DNA from: Prorocentrum cordatum
Taxonomy: Eukaryota
Reading direction: 5' to 3'
DNA length: 41,543 nt
Assembly (NCBI GenBank): GCA_963575745.1
Contig: CAUYUJ010000314.1
Span: forward strand, 620,001-661,543
Below, in pieces: positions 20,246-31,184 of this stretch. The position numbers and the translations under genes are program-made. How positions within the stretch are numbered: the first letter of the stretch is position 1; the number at the start of each line of letters is the position of its first letter. The notes beneath the pieces are model-generated. The model saw only the letters and a list, made by a program, of their open reading frames with translations. It searched no databases and had not been told where the DNA came from.

Positions 20246-21270
20246 GACGCTCCGAGAGGCAGCCCAAGAGAGGCCCAAGAAGCAAAAATCGTGCCATTCC
20301 TATGGGAAAACGTATATTTTTCGCATGTTCGCCTCTTGGGCTTTCACCGCGTCCAAGACGGCCCAAGAGGCGCCCAAGACGGTCTACGAGGCCTCCGGGA
20401 GCGCTCCAAGGCTGCGCACGAGTGGCCCAGGACGGCCCCAAGACGGCCCAAGAGAGCCCCAAGACGAGTTCGAGAGGGGTCCCAGACGGAGAAAGCCAAC
20501 CTCGAATTCCGAGCTTCCGGCCCAAGAGGCTCCAGGAGGCGCCAAGATGCCGCCAAGAGGCGCCAAAAGGCTCCCAAATGCACCCCAAGACGTTCCGAGA
20601 GGCACCCCAAGAGAGGTCCAAGAAACAAAAATCGTGCCATTCCGATGGGAAAACGTATATTTTTCGCATGTTCGCATCTTGGGCTTTCACCGCGTCCAAG
20701 ACGGCCCAAGAGGCCTCCAAGACGGCCTAGGAGGCCTCCGGGAGCGCTCCAAGGCTGCGCACGAGTGGCTCAGGACGGCCCCAAGACGGCCCAAGAGAAC
20801 CCCAAGACGACTTCGAGAGGGGTCCCAGAAGGAGAAAGCCACTCTCGAATTCCGAGCTTCCGGCCCAACACATCCCAGGAGGCGCCAAAACGCCGCCCAG
20901 AGGCGCCAAAAGGCTTCCAAAATCAGCCCAAGACGTTCCGAGAGGCACCCCAAGAGAGGTCCAAGAAGCAAAAATGGTCCCATTCCTATGGGAAAACGTA
21001 TACTTTTCGCATGGTCGCCTGTTGGGTTTTCACCGCGTCCAACACGTCCGAAGAGGCTCCCAAGACGGCCTAGGTGGCCCCCAAGAGAGTTCCAAGACGG
21101 TTCACGAGGCGCCCAGGACGGCAAAATTGGACTCCAAAATGGCCTAAGAGAGCCCCAAGGCGTGCCCGAGAGGGGTCCCAGAGGGAGAAAGCCACTGTAG
21201 AATTCCGAGCTTTCGGCCCCAAGAGGCTCCAGGAGGCGCCAAGAGAGCTCCAAGAAGCCCCCACGAGAGA
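20246..21270 (+). repeat. Tandem triplication, period 343 bp, within the ccaaga repeat family
   Basis: gacgYtccgagaggcaNcccaagagaggYccaagaa...atgggaaaacgtata begins at 20246, 20589 and 20932. Confidence 0.88.
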
Positions 21271-21458
21271 CCCAGGACGCCCCAAGAGGCTCCAAAGGCG
21301 GCCCAAGAGAGCCCCAAGATGGGCCCGAGAGGGGTTCCACGCAAGTTGTTATTGTATCGCTCGGGAAAGGACGAGGATGAGGAGGAAGACGAGGAGGAGG
21401 AGGAGGAGGAGGAGGAGGAGGAGGAGGAGGAGAGGGAGGAGGAGGAAGAGGACTCGAC

Positions 21459-21496
21459 AGAACCTAAGCGCGCGCGAAGCGCGCGCGTGGTTCTAG
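21459..21496 (+). repeat. Hairpin-CTAG terminus motif, copy 2
   Basis: agaacctaagcgcgcgcgaagcgcgcgcgtggttctag followed by T. Confidence 0.7.
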
Positions 21497-21548
21497 TATG
21501 TATATGTACATGTATATGTATATGTATATGTATAGGTATATGTGTATA

Positions 21549-21585
<37 letters not shown>

Positions 21586-21848
21586 TCATGCATATATGTA
21601 TATGCATGTATGTATGTATGTATGTATGTATGTATGTATGTATGTATGTATGTATGTATGTATGTATGCATGTATGCATGCATGCATGCATGCATGCATG
21701 CATGCATGCATGGATGTATGTAGGTAGGTAGGTAGGTAGGTAGGTAGGTAGGTAGGTAGGTAGGTAGGTAGGTAGGTGTGTATGTATGTATGTATGTATG
21801 TATGTATGTATGTATGTATGTATGTATGTATGTATGTATGTATGTATG

Positions 21849-21880
<32 letters not shown>

Positions 21881-21913
21881 CATGCAGGCATGTAGTATGT
21901 ATGTATGTGTATG

Positions 21914-21953
<40 letters not shown>

Positions 21954-21955
21954 TA
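21497..21955. repeat. Compound TATG/CATG/GGTA/GGCA/TA microsatellite
   Basis: Direct reading. Confidence 0.96.
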
Positions 21956-23464
21956 TCCGGATCCATCGCTCCCCGAGTCGCTAGGACACGACGACCCCGC
22001 GGCAGCGGATGTGGACGCATCCTGGCGGCGTAGCGGATGGTGGCTTTCCAGGTCGCCCGCGGGGGCTCGGAGGAGAGGCGCCCTCCGCGCGTCGCGTGCC
22101 TCGGGCCAGGGCGGTTGCCGTGTTCCAAGGGGGCTGCGCGAAGGCGCGAAGATAAGGGGCAGATATCCTCCTCCTCCTCCTCCTCCTCCTCCTCCTCCCT
22201 CCTCCCTCCTCCCTCCTCCCTCCTCCCTCCCTCCTCCCTCCTCCCTCCTCCCTCCTCCCTCCTGCCTCATGCCTCATGCCTCCTGCCTCCTGCCTCCTGT
22301 CTCCTGCCTCCTGCCTCCTGCCTCCTGCCTCCTCCTGCCTTCACGCGTCGCACATGGCGGGGCTCTATGCGCGAAGTTGGGCTACCGAGGTCCCTCTGCT
22401 CAAGGCCTGCGGGCGGCAAGGGATTGCAACGCTTTGTGGTCTGCGTGGCGTTGTCTGCGTGGGCTCTTGTGCGCGCCAGGAAGGTGTGGTTGGGCTACAT
22501 GCAGGCAGCCATGTTCACAGTCAGCCACAGGCTCCTCCATAGGACAGAAGGCGGGCACATCGAAGGCTTCTGGATCAGCGCACGGCAGGGGCTTCGCCAA
22601 TTCTTGGGCATCCTTCCACTTGCGCGCTCTAACGAGCAGCTCTTCAGAGGACGTCGGCGCGTAGATGGTCGCCCAATTCACCAAGTTGATGATGCCCTTG
22701 GCTATCTATCATGTCCTGTATCGTGAGCCGCAATCGAATGTTCAGAGACCTGCCCATCCTTGCGACAAGGTGACGTCGTAGTGAGAATGATCGCCGATCT
22801 TGGCACCACAGCAGTGTTAGAATTTGTTTGCTAGTCCATGGCTTCATCCTTGCATCGGGGGTGATGGGTGTAGCGAGCCGTTTGATAGAGGGCTTGCTGT
22901 TGCGCGTCTTCAAAGCATGCGCACGTATGACTGCCGAGCGTGCTCTGTGAGTTGAAGGCCGCGGCGGCCTCATCTGCTGCGTCCGCACGGCGACCGACTT
23001 CGTCTGCGTCTTGCATGCTGGGTTTATGCGATTGAGTTCGGGGTACTCCTTGAGATGGTCGTCTGCCTCCACCGCTGCTGTCTCGTCTGTCAGTTCCCTC
23101 GGCCGAGCATGAAGCGTCAGGGGCGACATGGCGATCGTGTTCTCAGTCGTCGCGCGTGCGTAGGCAGGGGCAGCACGTCGTCTGCTGCCCGTGGCAGAGC
23201 TTGATGGCGGTGGCATCTGGGCAAGACTTCTGGCTGGAAGCGTTCTTTGTCTCTGCGCTTCCACCTTTGGCGTCTGCACCTGCATGGCGGGAAAGTCTGC
23301 ACGAGCGGCGTCTCTGGCCCCCCCCGACCGCAGGGCATCTCCTCTTTGATCTGAAGCTGCGCTGCGTTCCGAGTCTCAGCGATCTGCCCCACGACCCGGC
23401 GCAGACGATTCTGCTCGCTGCTCTTGCCTGAGGTGCCCTCGCCATCGTTTTCGCCCTCGACGCC

Positions 23465-23975
23465 GTCCTCCTCCTCCTCCCTCATCTCTCCTCCCTCCTC
23501 CTTCTCTCCACTCCTCCTCCTCCTCCTCCTCCTCCTCCTCCCTCCTCCTCCTCCTCCTCCTCCTCCTCCTCCTCCTCCTCCTCCTCCTCCTCCTCCTCCT
23601 CCCCTCCTCCTGCTCCCCCCCTCCTCCCCCTCCCGCGCCGTGGCCGGAGCTTCCGCCTCGGACGGCGCCCCGGAGCCCGTCCGCTCCCGCGCGCCCGCCC
23701 AGAGGCGGGCCGGGGCCCGCCGAGCCCTTCCGACCCCGAAGGTCGTCCGCCCGCCGCGCTCCTCCTCCTCCTGCTGCTCCTCCTCCTCCTCCTGTTTCTC
23801 CTCCTCCTCCTGCTTCTCCTCCTCGTCCTCCTCCTCGTCCTTCTTCTCGCCCTCCTCCTCCTCCTCCTCCTCCTCCTCCTCCTCTCCTCCTCCTCCTCCC
23901 CTAATCTCTCCTCCTCCTCCTCCTCCTCCTCCTCCTCCTCCTCCTACTGCTCCTCCTCCTACTGCTCCTCCTCCG
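23465..23975. repeat. (CCT)n-rich tract upstream of hisC exon
   Basis: Direct reading. Confidence 0.93.
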
Positions 23976-23988
23976 CCCGTCTTTAGAG

Positions 23989-24077
23989 GTGTGCCTGTGG
24001 AGCAGGTCCTGTTCACCAACGGCTCAGACCAGGGCATCGACCTCGTGGTGCGGTGCTGCTGCGAGAGGGGCAGCGAG
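23989..24077 (+). CDS. hisC: hisC exon (NGSD motif)
   Basis: (G)VPVEQVLFTNGSDQGIDLVVRCCCERGSE is the hallmark class I/II aminotransferase HisC segment. AG acceptor at 23987-88; GAG|GC donor. Confidence 0.88.
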
Positions 24078-24147
24078 GCAGCGGGGGTCCCGCGCGGGGG
24101 ACCCGCCTTTCGGCCAGGAGGGGCCAGGGGAGGAGGGAGGGGCCAGG

Positions 24148-24460
24148 GGAGGAGGAGGAGGAGGAGGAGGAGGAGGAGGAGGAGGAGGAGGAGGAGGAGG
24201 AGGAGGAGGAGGAGGAGGAGGAGGAGGAGGATTAGGAGGAGGAGGAGGAGAGGAGGAGGAGGAGGAGGAGGAGGAGGAGGAGGAGGAGGAGGAGGAGGAG
24301 GAGGAGGAGGAGGAGGAGGAGGAGGAGGAGGAGGAGGTGGGGAGGAGGATGAGGAGGAAGAGGAGGATTAGGGGGAGGAGGGCGATGAGGAGGGCGATGA
24401 GGAGGGCGAGAAGGGCGATGATGATGAAGACGAAGAAGAAAATGATGATGATGATGATGC

Positions 24461-24508
<48 letters not shown>

Positions 24509-25305
24509 CTATGCTGATGATGAAGATCATGATGATGCTGCTGCTGCTGATGATGATGAGGATGCTGCTGATAACGATGATGATGCTGATGATGATGAGG
24601 ATGCTGCTGAGAATGATGATGATGCTGATGAGGATGATGATAATGCTGCTGATGATGCTGCTGCTGCTAATGATGATGCTGATGATGCTGCTGATGATGC
24701 TGCTGCTGATGATGATGATGGTGATGCTATGTTTATGATGGTGGCGGTAGTGGTGGTGATGATGATGAGGAGGAGGAGGAGGGGGATGATGATGCTGATT
24801 CTGATGCTGATGCTGATGTTGTTGCTGTTGCTGATGCTGATGATGCTGCTGCTGATGATGCTGCTGTTGCTGATGATGGTGATGTTGTTGCTGTTGCTGA
24901 TGCTGATGTTAATGCTGCTGCTGCTGATGATGTTGTTGATGATGATGCTGATGATGAAGATGATGATGCTGCTGATGATACTGATGGCGTTGATGCCGAT
25001 GATGTTGCTGCTGATGATGATCATGTCTATTATGGTGATGGTGTTGCTGCTGCTGATGATGATGATGATGATGATGGTGATGGTGATGATGATGCTGATG
25101 ATGGTGATGGTGCTGCTGATGACGATGCTGATTATGATGATGATGCTGCTGCTGATGATGATGATGGTGACTGTGATTGTGATTGTGATGGTGACGGTGC
25201 TGATACTGATGCCGCTGCAATCGCTGCTGCTGCTACAGCTGCTCCTGAGGATGAATATGACGATGATGATGATGATGATGATGAAGATGATGATGATGAT
25301 GATGC

Positions 25306-25343
<38 letters not shown>

Positions 25344-25535
25344 CTGATGGATGATGATGATGATGAGGATGACGATGCTGATGGTGATGATGATGATGAT
25401 GATGATGCTGATGATGATGCTGATGCAGATGCTGATGCTGATGCTGCTGATGATGCTGCTGATCATGCTGATGATGATGCTGATGCTGATGCTGATGATG
25501 CTTCTGATGCTTCTGATGATGATGATGATGCTGCT

Positions 25536-25566
<31 letters not shown>

Positions 25567-25578
25567 ATGATGCTGATT

Positions 25579-25644
<66 letters not shown>

Positions 25645-25875
25645 GTGACGGAGATGCTGATGGTGATGATGGTGATGGTGTTGCTGATGACGATGATGAT
25701 AACGATGATGCTGCTGATGCTGCTGATGATGATGAAGATGACAATGCGGAGGAGGAGGAGGAGGAGGAGGAGGAGGAGGAGGAGGAGGAAGAAGAGGAAG
25801 AGGAGGAGGTGGAGGAGGAGGAGGAGGAGGAGGAGGAGAGGGAGGACGAGGAGGAGGAGGATGAGGAGGAGGGTA
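24148..25875. repeat. (GGA)n - (GAT/GCT)n - (GGA)n compound microsatellite
   Basis: Direct reading; source of the poly-Met/Asp/Glu ORF artefacts. Confidence 0.97.
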
Positions 25876-27350
25876 AGCAAGGGGATGAGAGGGCGGGGAG
25901 GAGGGCGAGGAGGGGCAGGACAAAAACAATGTGGGGTGGTGGTGGTAGGACAGGGCCACCCATATATTCATGTGCCTGTCAGCCAAGCAGCCAGCCTGGT
26001 GCGAGTCGAGAATCGTGCGGTCCTGCTGGATTGTATTTCCCAACCAGAGGCAATTGTCTTTTTATCCATCTGCACACCGCGCGCACTTTACTCCTCATTC
26101 ACTGCACCTCCCTCCCTCCTTCTCTCCTACCCATCTTTTTCGTTCTCAGGTGGGGCCTTGGTTGCGGCACCAGTGGTCGTAGGGCTGCGCGACCGCTGGC
26201 CCGCTCCAACAGACCGCTCACACGTTGCGCGCCCTGTGGGGGGCCCCAGCTCAGCTCATTTGGTCACACCATTCGCACGTGCCGTGTCCCACGGGGGGCT
26301 GCAAACCGCGGCTACAGTACAGTGGCCGTGTGCCAATTTCGGCATACGTCTCCAGTGTTTCGTGCCGCGTAGGGGGCCCCGCCTGTGGCCTCAGCGATCG
26401 GGGGACCATGCGACCATCGGCCCATTCTGGCGCACCGTTCAAGTATTTCGTGCCCCACATGGGAGCCCCCGTTTGGCGCAGGACTGTACGACCGACCACC
26501 TGCAATTTCGGAACACCACCCGCACGTTTCGTACACGCGGGGGCCCACCGCCAGTCCCCAGGGTTGTCGCAGGATTTTGTTAGCGCTGTCCCATCTCTGC
26601 TCACCGCTCACAAGTTCCACGCCCCACAGGGTGCACAGCTGCAGCTCCAGTGGTTGCAGATCAGCTCGGCAGATGTCAACATTCCCATCCAGGAGCTTAA
26701 GTAAGTCCACCGACTTGCGCAGGCTTGAAGCATGAGGCTGCCGAGAAAGCATGCTGTTCGCAGCCCAGCAGCCCAGCAATGGGCCAGCGGACACGCGTGG
26801 CCGCGTGCATGCGCACACACATGCGTATGTGCACGCATACATGAGTGCGCATGTGTGTCTGTGGGTCTATGTATAAGTCTACTCATGTATATGTTTGCAC
26901 ATATATACATATATACATATATATATATATACGTATACACATAACATGTGTCTTTGGAACGCCGCAATCAGTCAGTGAGTGCCTCACTTAGGTCATCATG
27001 TCTACGGCAGTTGGCCCAAAGCTAGCATCATGCATAACATTTATATGATTAGATTGATTATTCTACGGACTGAAGCTGGTAAGTCCGCCGTTCGGTACAA
27101 TGTGACATTTGTGACCTGCTGCCCGCTGAGCAACGACATTCGAGTATACTGGAGATGGAGAGCAAACCGTTCAGCAAATCACGACGAGTGCGATTGCTGG
27201 CCATGCATGGCAAGCGGAGCTCGTCAATGACTCGCCAAGGGCTGGCGGAGATGCTTATGAGCTCGCTGCTGCGATTTTTGGACCCTGTGCTGCTGCGATT
27301 GCATTGTAGTCGTGGGAAAGAATCCTCAGACATTCGATGTCTTGTTTTTC

Positions 27351-28105
27351 TCAATGCGGGGCCCTGGAAGACCCGACCCTTTCCCCGCAGCTGTTTTTTG
27401 CACCTCGAGTTTTTTGTTTGACGACCCTGGCGCCTGGCGAGGGCCCCCAAAGGCCAAAAACGTCCAACTAAAATCCCGTTGTGATTTCTCCACGACGCGA
27501 GCATGTCGTGGGAACGAATCTGGGTGGCGGTCACGCCACGGCGAAGACTGCCCCCCCAAGACGGAACAGCAAACAGCGCGAGAGACGCCGCGCCGCAATA
27601 GGCGGCCGCGGCGCAAGAGGGCCTTGCCCTCTGTCTGGTGTGGCCTCGGGAGCAGCTCGGGGCCGAGCCCCGCGCTGCAGCCCAGCTGCTCAGACAGGCT
27701 GGCGTCACGAACAAAAAGACACGACGGGAGGGTTTTGGCCGTTTTCGACCTCTGGGGGCTCTCGCGCCGCGTCGCGGTTCGAGGTTAGAGGTCTTCGGGC
27801 GTTCTCGCATATAGGTTCTCGGTGTTTTTGCAGCCTAGAGATGCTCTCCAGCAGCCGCGACTCCCTGAGGGCGTTCCCGGGGGTTCCCGGATCGCCTCGA
27901 ACGGCCGCCGGAGAGCCGAGTTACAGCCCGATAGTTAGCCGACCCAGACCTGCTCGCGCCATGCAACAAAAGTCACGACGAGAGGTTTTTGGCTGTTCTC
28001 GGCCCCCGGGGGCCGTCGCTGCGCCGCAGGACCGCAAGAAAGACGGCTCGGGGTGAAAACCCTGCTGTGGGGAAAGGGTCGGGACTTCCGGGGACCCCGT
28101 GTTGA
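27351..28105. mobile_element. Non-autonomous TIR element, about 750 bp
   Basis: ggggccctggaagacccgaccctttccccgcagc (27358) is inverted to gctgtggggaaagggtcgggacttccggggacccc (ends 28098). No transposase recognised; TSD not resolved. Confidence 0.7.
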
Positions 28106-28151
28106 ACACATCATCGCGACATCGCATGCCTGGCCAGCGTGTGCGGCTCAG

Positions 28152-28190
28152 GTGATCATCCCGTCGCCCACCTTCGCCATGTACGAGCAG
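28152..28190 (+). CDS. hisC: hisC exon (PTFxMY motif)
   Basis: ctcag|gtg atc atc ccg tcg ccc acc ttc gcc atg tac gag cag|gc gives VIIPSPTFAMYEQ, the motif that directly follows the previous exon in HisC, in phase 0. Confidence 0.85.
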
Positions 28191-28224
28191 GCCGGAGTGC
28201 CAGGGATGCCCGACACACTGCTTC

Positions 28225-28754
28225 GAGGAACAAATCGGCATACAGTGGAGGCCCATGCCAAGAAACGCCCTGCTTGCCTCCAGGGTGCCCTGGGTTTCTT
28301 GGGATTCGATCGTTTTGCTATGGAGTACGTGACGCTCCCACACCAAAAATCAGTGGACTTCCTGGGTCTCAGAGTTGGGTTTCTTGTAGAAGGTTTCTTG
28401 TGGTCGAGCTCCTACTGTATGAACACGAACTCTCGGAGCTCCGTGCGGATCTCATGGATCGGCGCTCGAGCCCCCTGCGCGCCTGCGCGCACGGGAGGGG
28501 GTCCAGCGCCGATCCAAGAATTCCCCGCGGAGCTCCCAAAGTTCAATGTTCCCTGAGATCCGATGGCGCGGAAAAACCCGATTGACCACCGGAAGTCCTA
28601 GACCCCATCGTTCTGCGCCATTTTTTTCGAGCCAGATCGATCTGTGATGGTCCCAGCTGGCGAAAGCGCCCAGCTCGAACAAAAATGAGACGCCAGGATG
28701 CAGCGCCGATCCAAGATTTCCTCGCGGAGCTCCAATAGCTTTTGGTTCTGCTTA
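28225..28754. mobile_element. Relative of the 8678-8872 foldback family, interrupted by the CAGT MITE; right end uncertain
   Basis: Removing 28243-28419 gives gaggaacaaatcggcatatgaacacgaactctcggagctccgtgcggatctcatggatcggcgct, which aligns to the 8678 arm. Inverted arms cagcgccgatccaaga occur near 28504 and 28701. Confidence 0.6.
28243..28417. mobile_element. 175-bp Tc1/mariner-type MITE, copy 2
   Basis: Same sequence and termini as 2868-3041, flanked by TA on both sides. Confidence 0.85.
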
Positions 28755-28967
28755 GGTAGGGCATTTCCCCCTACAGGCAGATTCTTTGGAGGAGAAATCA
28801 AATATAGCAAAACAATATTCAAACATTGTCAAACAATCATGGGAAAATCGTCCCGGACAATTTTCAGACTAGTTCCCAACCCTCCTGTGTTGGGTTCTCG
28901 TTTTGCATAGAGCAGTTTGGTCTCCACCTTCTCCTCCTCCCCTCCACCTCCTCCTCCTCTCCTACTC

Positions 28968-28991
28968 GTAGTAGTAGTAGTAGTAGTCGTA

Positions 28992-29035
<44 letters not shown>

Positions 29036-29143
29036 AGTAGTAGNNNNNNNNNNNNNNNNNNNNNNNNNNNNNNNNNNNNNNNNNNNNNNNNNNNNNNNNN
29101 NNNNNNNNNNNNNNNNNNNNNNNNNNNNNNNNNNNNNNNNNNN

Positions 29144-29177
<34 letters not shown>

Positions 29178-29199
29178 CAGTAGTCGTAGTAGTAGAAGT

Positions 29200-29274
<75 letters not shown>

Positions 29275-29349
29275 TAGTAGTAGTAGTAGTAGTCGTCGTA
29301 GTCGTAGGGTTAGTAGTAGTAGTAGAAGTAGTCGTCGTAGTCGTAGGGT

Positions 29350-29408
<59 letters not shown>

Positions 29409-29411
29409 ATC

Positions 29412-29460
<49 letters not shown>

Positions 29461-29535
29461 AATATGTACTCGTAGTAGTCGTAGTCGTAGTCACAGTTGT
29501 AGTCGCAGTCGTAGTCGCAGTCGTAGTCGTAGAAG
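28968..29535. repeat. (GTA/GTC)n microsatellite containing a 100-N assembly gap (29044-29143)
   Basis: Direct reading. Confidence 0.97.
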
Positions 29536-29658
29536 ATGTCATAGTCGTTACTCGAGTTCATTTTGTCTGTTTGCGAATTTATCCGTTGGAAGAGAGAAAA
29601 GGAGGGTTGTGGGGTTCCTCGGCGGCCGAGCCGCCGCATACGACAACCATGCGACTAC

Positions 29659-29836
29659 CATAAGAACACCAAACCGCTACCATAAAAACGCCATGCCATT
29701 GCCATGAGAAGACCATGCCATTACCATAAGAAAACCATACCTGTACTATGAGCAAGCCATACCATTACCATAAGAAAACCATACCGTTATCACAAGAAAA
29801 CCAAGACACCACCGTAAGAAAACCATACCATTACCA
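29659..29836. repeat. 22-bp minisatellite, about 8 copies
   Basis: Unit approximately ccataagaaaaccataccatta. Confidence 0.85.
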
Positions 29837-30087
29837 CGAGCTTCCCGGGGCTTCCTCGGGCCTCCTGGAGCTTCCTGCGGTCTCCTGGAACCTCGTGGGA
29901 CCTTCTCGGACTTCGTGGGGCCTCCTGGGTCCTCTTGGGGCCTCCTGGGGCCTACTCCTTCGCGCTCCTCTTTCGCGGCTTCTCCGTGCCTCTTCACCCC
30001 AACGGCGCGGACGGCCACGGGGGCGAGTGGGCCGGCCGGCCGGCCAGCGGGAAGGACGCTGCGGTCTGAGCGGCATGGATGCACGTG

Positions 30088-30233
30088 GACGATGACGACA
30101 ACGACCACGACGACGACGACGATCACGACCACGACCACGACCACGATCACGACCACGACCACGACCATGACCACGACCACGACCACGGCCACGACCACGA
30201 CCACGACCACGACGACAACGACGACGACGATGA
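30088..30233. repeat. (GACCAC)/(GAC)n microsatellite
   Basis: Direct reading. Confidence 0.93.
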
Positions 30234-30422
30234 CTCTCTGATACTGACCATCCTACACCAGACCCCCCCCTCTTCATGTTCCATTTGCCACGAGTTGTTT
30301 TCCTCCTCCACCTCATTCCTCCTCCTCCCTCCTCCTCCTCCTCCTCCTCCTCCTCCTCCTCCTCCTCCTAGTCGAGGGCGCAAGAGACCGCGCCCCCCGG
30401 CGGCCCCCTCTCCAATATCGCG

Positions 30423-31184
30423 ATGGCGCAGGCGGAGGTCGCCTTCTACGAGCAGCACTCCGCTCGGGGGTCAGATGGGGCATCCCAGAACCTCCTAGCG
30501 GCCCGCGAAAAGCTCAAGCGTCTCAGGGACGAGCAATTTGACACCCTTGCCGTCTCGGAGAAACACCGCATCACACAGGACAAGCTCGACAAGGCCAGCA
30601 ACGGACTGGAGGAGGATCTCCAGGCTCTGAACGACATTGAGGTGCAGATCGACCAGTTGTGCGACTCCCACGACGTCAAAGCAGCAGCCAACCAAGCCAA
30701 GATCCTCGAGGTGCGCGGCCTCCGCGAGCAACTCGCGCAGATCACCGCCCAGATGCCGGCCCCCGCCGCCGCTGTCCCCAAGGAGCCGACGTCCGCAGAG
30801 ACGCTGGGATTCCTTCAGAAACACCCGGACATCAAAATCCAAGAGAATAGTGCGGAGGAGCTCCAGAACCAGGTCGTCGCGTACCAGCGCCAGCTTCAGA
30901 CCGAGGCAGCAGAGGCCGTTGCCCCCCTCTCTGAGGCCCGGGCGACTGGGCCCCAGGCGCCATTTGGCGCTAAGATGGCGAATTTGGTGGCCAACAGCCG
31001 GTGCGTGGACGAAGCCGTCGCGGACCTCGACCCTAATGCAGGCGCCCCCGACACCGCGGCGCCGCCAGACGGCGGGCGGCGCGGGCGGACAGGGTGGCGC
31101 CAGCAAGACCTCCCCAGACGGCGCAAAGGAGGACGGAACGGAGGTCCAAAGGGGCCGCGTAGCCGAGCCCGGAGCCCGCGATGA
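30423..31184 (+). pseudogene. LINE ORF1-like coiled-coil protein (probably 5'-truncated)
   Basis: Heptad-rich segment (LLAAREKLKRLRDEQ...LEEDLQALNDIEVQIDQL), ends RSRARSPR; its stop overlaps the ORF2 start as ATGA at 31181-31184. Confidence 0.65.

Noticed and set aside
19062..21200. 712-aa ORF and overlapping long ORFs
   Set aside because: They run through GC-rich low-complexity sequence, a TA tract and the 343-bp triplication, are open in several frames on both strands, and show no domain motifs.
24729..26583. Poly-Met/Asp/Glu ORFs (547 and 410 aa)
   Set aside because: Translations of (GAT/GCT/GGA)n microsatellites.
29044..29143. Run of 100 N
   Set aside because: Scaffolding gap, not biology. 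It also means contiguity of the right-hand part of the window with the hisC exons is not proven.
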